A stretch of DNA of 64,000 nucleotides from Eledone cirrhosa (lineage: Eukaryota). Positions 55,905 through 64,000 of this stretch are shown in pieces. The notes below the pieces were generated by a model, which ran no database searches, was not told where the DNA came from, and saw nothing but the letters and a program-made list of their open reading frames with translations. The translations under genes and the position numbers were made by a program. Where the stretch lies: contig OZ024740.1 of NCBI GenBank assembly GCA_964016885.1, positions 280,736,001-280,800,000 of the forward strand. Reading direction: 5' to 3'. Numbering within the stretch: position 1 is the first letter of the stretch; each line of letters begins with the position of its first letter.

Positions 55905-56040
55905 TATTTTGATGAAGGACTAATGCCCGAAACGTGAAAACTCTTTTCCTGCTATTTCAAGCGCTGAACTGATATATTTCTTCCATGTACTGTGCCGATT
56001 GTTTTGTTTTGTTATTTTGGTTATTTTTGTTTACTTTTTA
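55905..56040 (+). mobile_element. PLE terminal fragment with degenerate hammerhead, followed by (CA)n; homologous to 61216-61340
   Basis: tTGATGAagga..cGAAACg..ctgcta..tcaagcg..tatatt.cttcc.t.tactgt is shared between the two loci. Confidence 0.55.
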
Positions 56041-56061
56041 CACACACACGCACACACGCAC

Positions 56062-56164
<103 letters not shown>

Positions 56165-57175
56165 CATACACACACACACACACACATACACACACACACA
56201 CACACACATACACACACACACACACGAATGTATGTATGACCATAGAAATACTCGTAAAATCTTCAACGCCTGATTAAAACAGATATACAACGTTTAAATC
56301 CCGAGGAATTTCATACATGATTTCACGTGTGGCTTTCATTAGTTCGGATTTCTATTTTGCTAATAGTAAAGGACCCGTAGGTAGCCTACTCCCTTTTGTA
56401 GAATTCTATAGGGAATTGTAATGTTGTTAACTAATGCTTTTCTCTCTTATTTTAGTATCTCGAATATGTTCTCATTTGTTGCGATGTTTCTGTGTTAGAT
56501 AGATGTCAACCGACGAGAATGTATCACATTTGTGTGTCTGATGCAACAATTTCAATCATGAAGTGTTGTATTTTCATGTTTACATTGAAACTTGTATATA
56601 AAAATTGATTGTCAGAAGTACATTTTGCTAGTTCGTGGTTTCGTACTGATAAAAAGGTTTTATAACCGAAGGTTTTAGTCATATATTCTATAAACGTTTC
56701 CTTTGATGCGACACATGTTAATGAAATATTCAACCACTCAGTAACTAAGATGCCTCATTTGGGTTTTATGATATAAAATATATATGGATTGTGTAGTATA
56801 TAAGCATCGAAAGGGAAGAGTCATTAGAACGTCGGATAGAATGATTTGCGGTATTCGTTTTGGCACTCTGCTCTCTGAGTTCAAATGCTGCCGAAACTAA
56901 CTTTGCCTTTCATCCATACAATTTCGGATAAAAAAAGTACCAGTCTAGAACTGGAGTCAATTCTCCCACCATATCTCTTTCTCACTTCCATTCTCTCTCT
57001 CTGTATTTGACATGGAGAGATATAGGCGCTACCAGGTTTTAAAATGGCCTAGGAACTCCATATATCAATATGGCGTTCCTACACCTTCCTCAGGAGTTAT
57101 GGGACCATAGATACACACATACATACATACATACATACATACATACATACATACATACATACATACATACATACA

Positions 57176-57340
57176 TGGTGGTGGCTGCCAACTCGTTTTC
57201 GAGTACGGCCACTACTTTATATCCATGTAGGAGAACCCCTACCGATGCGCTGAACGAGTGTGACTTTTTAATCCACCCAGCGACTTGAAAACTCTGGTAC
57301 AAACACTACACTTGTGACAATTATTGACACAGTGCTGGGT
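57176..57340 (-). mobile_element. LINE (probably RTE) 3' end with C2H2 finger, flanked by (TACA)n
   Basis: HKCSVCTRVFKSLGGLKSHTRSAHR*, a short UTR, then a (TGTA)n tail. Confidence 0.6.
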
Positions 57341-57421
57341 ACATACATACATACATACATACATACATACATACATACATACATACATACATACATACAT
57401 ACATACATACATACATACATA

Positions 57422-57815
57422 CACGGCCTGATATTGTAGTTTGGGACCACACATTGAAAACGTGTTCTGTTGTGGAGATCAGCTGCCCACTTGATGTAAA
57501 CGTTGTCAGAAAAATACAGGAGAAGGAGGACATCTACGGACCATTGATGAGGAGTTTACAAATCCAGTATCCAAGATACACCTTTAGCTTCATACCCATC
57601 ATTATTGGTGCTACGGGTTATATACCAACCCGCTTGGACCAAAGTATGACTGAACTTGGATTTGCGGACAAAAAGCGCAGCTCCCTAATTCATAGTCTGC
57701 AAATGGCTGCGATAGCTGGCACCTTCAAAATTTGCAAAACATTCTTGCGATTCAAGGGATGACAATTTCTTTTCTTTTACAACCTTGCCACCAGGAAGGT
57801 GGCCGGTCAAAAAAA
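57422..57815 (+). mobile_element. RLE-type LINE 3' fragment: restriction-like endonuclease domain
   Basis: RPDIVVWD..VVEISCPLD..EKEDIYGPL..IPIIIGATG..LQMAAIAGT. Confidence 0.85.
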
Positions 57816-58397
57816 TATACTCGAAATTAAGAGAAAGAGAAAACATACATACATACATACGTGCATATGCACACGCTCACGCACGTACAGCCATACACAC
57901 CGAGAGAGGTAAGAAGATAGATATATTGATGGATAAACATTGGTTATAGCAGAGCGAATTATGTTCTTGTTTGTTACTGCGCAAAGAAAATACTTTCTCT
58001 CAACGAATTTAGATGTTTTACTTGTGTGAACGTATCGGCGGGATTTGAACTCAGACCGCAAAGGGACGTAACTATGCTGGAAAGCATGGCGTCCGACCCT
58101 CTACCGTTACTGCCAATCCACAATAATAGAGTATTATAAGTGTAGTGAATCTAACATAGTCTCCCTTAAGATATTCATTATTTGGATGCAAGTGAGATGA
58201 AGATGGAAACGGGAAAGATATTTACTTCAAGAAAATTATTTCCTGGCACAAATGTGACTTTCGAAAATAGTTTCATATATTTTGTTAATAGATATAAATG
58301 TAGTTTAAAAAATACAAAACAGGAGATGAAATAACACAGACAGCGATGACAATAAATCGATTTATTTGTATTAGAAACCGTCTCTATTGGAAATATA

Positions 58398-58469
58398 ATG
58401 ATATTGTCGACGATAATGATGGCGATGATGATGATGATGATGTTGTTGACGGCGGCAGCTACAGGTGAA

Positions 58470-58514
<45 letters not shown>

Positions 58515-58549
58515 AACGATGTTGATGGGGATAATGGTGGCGATAATGG

Positions 58550-58596
<47 letters not shown>

Positions 58597-59170
58597 GTGA
58601 TGGTGACGATGATAATGATGATATTGATGATGACAACGTCGAGATGCTGCTACAGGTGAAGATGATGTTGACGAAGATACTGCTAGAGGTGAAGATGACG
58701 ATGATGATGATGATGGTGGTGATGATGATGTTGACGACGACAACGTCGATACTGCTACAGGTGAAGAAGATGATGATGATGATGATGATGATGGTGGTGA
58801 TGGTGATGATGATGGTGATGGTGATGTTGATGGTGATGACGATGATGGTGATGGTGACGATGATGGTGATGGTGATGGTGATGGTGATGACGATGATGGT
58901 GATGTTGATGATGATGGTGAAGGTGACGATGATGGTGATGTTGATGGTGATGGTGATGATGATGGTGATGGTGGTGATGGTGATGATGATGATGATGATG
59001 GTGATGCTGTTGACGACGACAACGTCGGCGCTGCTTCAGGTGAAGATGATGATGATGTCGATGATGTTGATGACAACAACGTTGATGCTGCTACAGGTGG
59101 TGTTGTAGATATCGACGAGGAGGAGGACGAGGAGGAGGGGGAGGAGGGGGGGAGGAGGAGGAGGAAGACT
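58398..59170. repeat. (GAT)n/(GGT)n low-complexity repeat with a recurrent gctacaggtgaag unit
   Basis: Directly visible. Confidence 0.9.
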
Positions 59171-60938
59171 ACAATGACCGAGAGGACGGTGTTGTTGTTG
59201 ATAAACTGGGAAGATAGAGGAGAGAATTTGCAGCACTATTAGTACCCGAACTCTACAAAATAGTAAACACTACTCCCAGTTCCAGCATAAGTAAGATATT
59301 GTTATTCAGGGGATACAGCCGATTAAAACCACAATAGTGTATTTCAGCTAATTATTGTATCTACCCCATAACAATGAAAGCAATGTCGACCTAGATAGCA
59401 TTTGATCTTAAAAAAATATATCGAAAAGATGAAAAATACTGTAAGATGTTTGCTTTATCTCCCCCACTATAACAAATATAAAATAACTGTTTCTACTTTT
59501 GGCACAAGGCCATCAAATTACCCAGTACATTACTGGTACTTTATTTTATCGACCCCGTAAGGATGAAAGGCAAAGTTAACCTCGACGGGATTTGAACTCA
59601 AACCGCAAAGGGACATAACTATGCTGGAAAGCATAATATAAAATAACACAATATAATTAGTTCCTTTTTTTCATTCACTTTAAATACATTTGAGGTTATT
59701 TAATAAAGAGTTTCTATCTAAATCTTTAAAAAAAAACAACAACAAAACAAAACAAATAGATTTTAAAAAAATACTTTAAGCTATCTTATTCAAAATTGAA
59801 TGATTACTGAAATAAATATAGCTCTCATAAAATAAGACAAATATTTGGAGAGAAATTTACTGAAGCGTTATACAATAATTGTTTCTACTGTTGGCACAAG
59901 GCCATTAATTACCCAGTACATTACTGGTACTTTATTTTATCAACCCCGTAAGGATGAAAGGCAAAGTTAACCTCGGCGGGATTTGAACTCAGACCGCAAA
60001 GGGACGTAACTATGCTGGAAAGCATGGCGTCCGACCCTCTACCGTTACTGCCAATCCACAATAATAGAGTATTATAAGTGTAGTGAATCTAACATAGTCT
60101 CCCTTAAGATATTCATTAAAACAGTGAATATAGTTACCCATATGCCCACATCCACATCCACATCCACACACATATACGAATGCATTCATGTTTACACACA
60201 CACTCACCAAACGGTAGTGGTAAGGGTGTTGGACTTACGATCATAACGTCGTGGGTTCGATTCCTGGCTGGGTTGCTTGTTGTGTTCTTGAGGAAAACAC
60301 TTCATTTCACGTTGCTCCAATATACTCAGCTGAAAATAAGTACAGGCAATAACTGGAGGTTTAACCCTGCGATGGACTGACGTCCAGTCCAGGGGATTGG
60401 TCTTGTACTCTCAGCCGATTCACTCCATGAAACCGGGATAACCACCGGCCAAACAAGCCTTCTGGGTTGTGACAGACTTTATATATATATATATATAAAA
60501 TTATAAGAAACGAAAGGAGCTGTGTGGTTACTGTAAACAAAGTTTTAGATGGTAGTATGGACGAAACAAGAGAAGTAAAGAAATCGTTCATAAGTTGTAA
60601 AACCGAGATCAAGATGTTTCGGCGTTTAATACAGGACATCTAAAAACGATCAGCGGTGCACCCAAGGCCTTTTCTCAATCAAAAGGCCAGGAGGGAAAGA
60701 AAATAAAAAGGAAAGAAAATGAAGAAAAAAAGGGGGAAAGGTAGTGAGGAGAGAGGAAGAAAGAGAAAAAACAGGTAAACAGGCCAGATAATGGGGTAGG
60801 CGGGGGACAGGACAATGGAACATGCAAGTGAGTAACCGAGTAAAAAATAGAATAGAATAAGTTATAGCGTACCGATTAGACGTAAGTCTGGGGGTGCGGT
60901 AACAGGAGCCTAGTGTTACCGTGTTAACTCAATCGAAG

Positions 60939-60971
<33 letters not shown>

Positions 60972-61215
60972 GGAGCAACCGGAAGGGAGAGGGGGAAGGG
61001 AAAGGTACGCACGTCTCAAGTATAGCTCTTTTTACAAAATGTTTTTTTTTCCATTTTAGGTAGACGCGCTCCATCATCCACTTTTCTAAAAAATAAATCA
61101 TACACAAAACTTCAGCACCAACAGTTTTGCAAGAGATGTCAACATGTTATTTTTTATCTAAATACATTTTTTCCAATTAACTCCTGCCCGTCCCATCAAT
61201 CTATCTTATTTCTCA

Positions 61216-61258
61216 GTCTTTCTTCTGATGAAGGATTAGCATCCGAAACGCTAAGACC
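61216..61258 (+). ncRNA. Minimal type I hammerhead ribozyme-like motif
   Basis: gtct..CTGATGA-a-ggat(tagc)atcc-GAAAC-gc-TA-agac. Confidence 0.6.
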
Positions 61259-61337
61259 CTCTTTCTGCTATATCAAGCGTTAACCTAATATATTCCTTCC
61301 GTATACTGTACCCATTGTGTTGTTATTTCTGTTTACC

Positions 61338-62180
<843 letters not shown>

Positions 62181-63515
62181 GATTATATATATACACAAGT
62201 GCTTGTGTGTGTGTATGGAGATAAGGTAGAGAGGGATAAATATGGGGAAAGAGAAAGGGGGTTATAGAAAGCTAGATATTTGTTTTATTTAGATGTTTAT
62301 ACTTTGCCCAAATGTTTCATTATCCACTGACCCTATACCTGCTAATCTTGTCGAAGGAACGTCGTCTTGATACGCCACGTGTTTTGGGCATCCGAAAACC
62401 TGGCGGTGGTCATCCTTCTCCAGGTGTGACCACAACTGATTTATTCCAGAGTGAGAGAAGTGGTCGGAATTTTAGAGAGCTGAATCGGTCTAACTTCTGG
62501 ACAGGTACTTTATTTATCTAGCTCAAAATGATGAAAAGGAAGTTGGCTTCGATGGGACTTAAACTCAGAGCGCAGATAGCCAGAATGGATACATACCACA
62601 AACTATTCTATCCGACGCACTACCAATTCTACCAATTCACCGTATTTATGTTTACATTTCTACAATCGAATTAATATTTTTCTTTAAAAGGGAATATTGT
62701 TATCACTTCTGGATTTGGAAGATCTCATGTTCACAAATCACATTTAAATAATGAAGCTACGCACTGAACTCCATGGCTTTGTCTGATTCAACAAGGTATT
62801 CCTGAGTGTTCAGTTGATAGTGTTTTTGAAAGAATATGTAAACAGAAGAGCTTAAAATATGAAGGACATGGGTTGTCGAGAGAGGCACGAATCTTGTAGT
62901 AGACTGTGTAGATGGATATTACTGTAGCTAGATTTACATTTTTTTACCTTGTTATTATTGGACGTGGAAACGATAGCAAAGGAAACAGTGATTTGTAAAG
63001 ATATATTCAGAATCGCATGAGAGAAAGACTAAAGCTGTGAGCGTAGAACAAATATTCAGCAAATAGCATCACAAAATAATCGTTGTATGCTCCGTGTGAT
63101 AACATCTACCTCTGATTTGTTGCGATGATTACATGAATAACAGGAAGGAAAAAGAAACGTACTATGATGTGTACCACAAAGAAACTGATCTTTTCTTGAT
63201 AGCATCAAAGTAGCTCGGTATCGTTGGAGGGAAGATTGCAATTGTAAGGTGTTAACATTTTTGAGATTTCACGACGACAGTTGATGAAAATAATGCCCAG
63301 TAGCGCTAACCATATGTAAAATATGTAAAATAATAAATATATGCAAGAAACATTGGCGCTAAAACAATTTACGCATTACAAAAAATATGGTGGTCTCAGT
63401 AACAAATCATCTTGATTTCAACTAATTCACCAGAAAATATATCTAACCTTCTTGTTCTATAAAAATGTTGAGGTTGTACATAGAGACAACAAGTCTAGAG
63501 CTATGATTTTATAGT

Positions 63516-64000
63516 TTACTTGCTGAATGACTCGGCGTTGCTCGGCTTACTGCTGTTCTTATTCAGATTAGTAAACAATATGAAGATATATATATTTTTT
63601 CTCATAATTATTTCAAAATATCTATATTTAATTAAAAAAATATCAAAATTATAATGATAATAGAATATAGAAATTAAAATCTGTCAATCTTGAATAAAAC
63701 CTCAGGGTAAACAATATTCATTGTGTAATCTTTTGATGGTGTCCGAATGAATAAATTGTTGTTGCTTCCAACTCATGAGCAGTCAACATAGAGTTGACAG
63801 CGGGACAAGCATGTAGTAGAGAGATCAAATCCAACTACCTTGAGGGATTGACCCTGAAATTTGTTAATTGAAATAACAAAACTTAGCTTGACTGGAAACT
63901 GAAGCTTCTTAGATTCAAATGGAACATCTGTAGGGATGAGAGGAATTTTTACAATAAAGACATATTTTTTCAATATTGTAAACAAATAAGTATCAACATC
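63516..64000 (-). mobile_element. Helitron 3' fragment (PIF1 helicase motif plus 3' hairpin)
   Basis: IPLIPTDVPFESKKLQFPVKLSFVISINKFQGQSLKVVG..QLYVDCS. Terminus gccgagcaacgccgagtcattcagcaagt. Confidence 0.85.

Noticed and set aside
58178-59108. Asp/Met/Ser-rich ORFs resembling acidic biomineral proteins
   Set aside because: (GAT)n low complexity. The amino-acid register shifts mid-ORF and no exon boundaries are evident.

Overview
AT-rich, microsatellite-saturated eukaryotic DNA. The SINE families and repeat landscape look like a coleoid cephalopod (Octopus); this is an inference. The only clear host gene is the 3' part of a + strand secreted-matrix-type von Willebrand A (vWA) domain gene, with exons ..140, 3226-3261, 8677-8715 and 15782-16335, all joined in phase 1. 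Its last exon encodes a degenerate vWA domain. The rest is transposon-derived. It includes many tRNA-derived SINEs and Penelope-like element (PLE) remnants with GIY-YIG fragments and minimal hammerhead-ribozyme motifs, mostly in (TA)n/(CA)n tracts and often as fold-back inversions. The largest fold-back is a near-perfect 3.07-kb palindrome at 4644-7718 inside an intron of the vWA gene. Also present are Tx1/L1-like, RTE and RLE-type (R4/Dong-like) LINE fragments, Helitron PIF1 fragments, and hAT and mariner MITEs. A 2.1-kb non-coding LTR element (50930-53039) carries an extended tRNA-Trp copy at its primer-binding site, with an A58->T change. Almost all ORFs in the supplied track are microsatellite artefacts. 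Coordinates were read by eye, so element boundaries are approximate unless stated.
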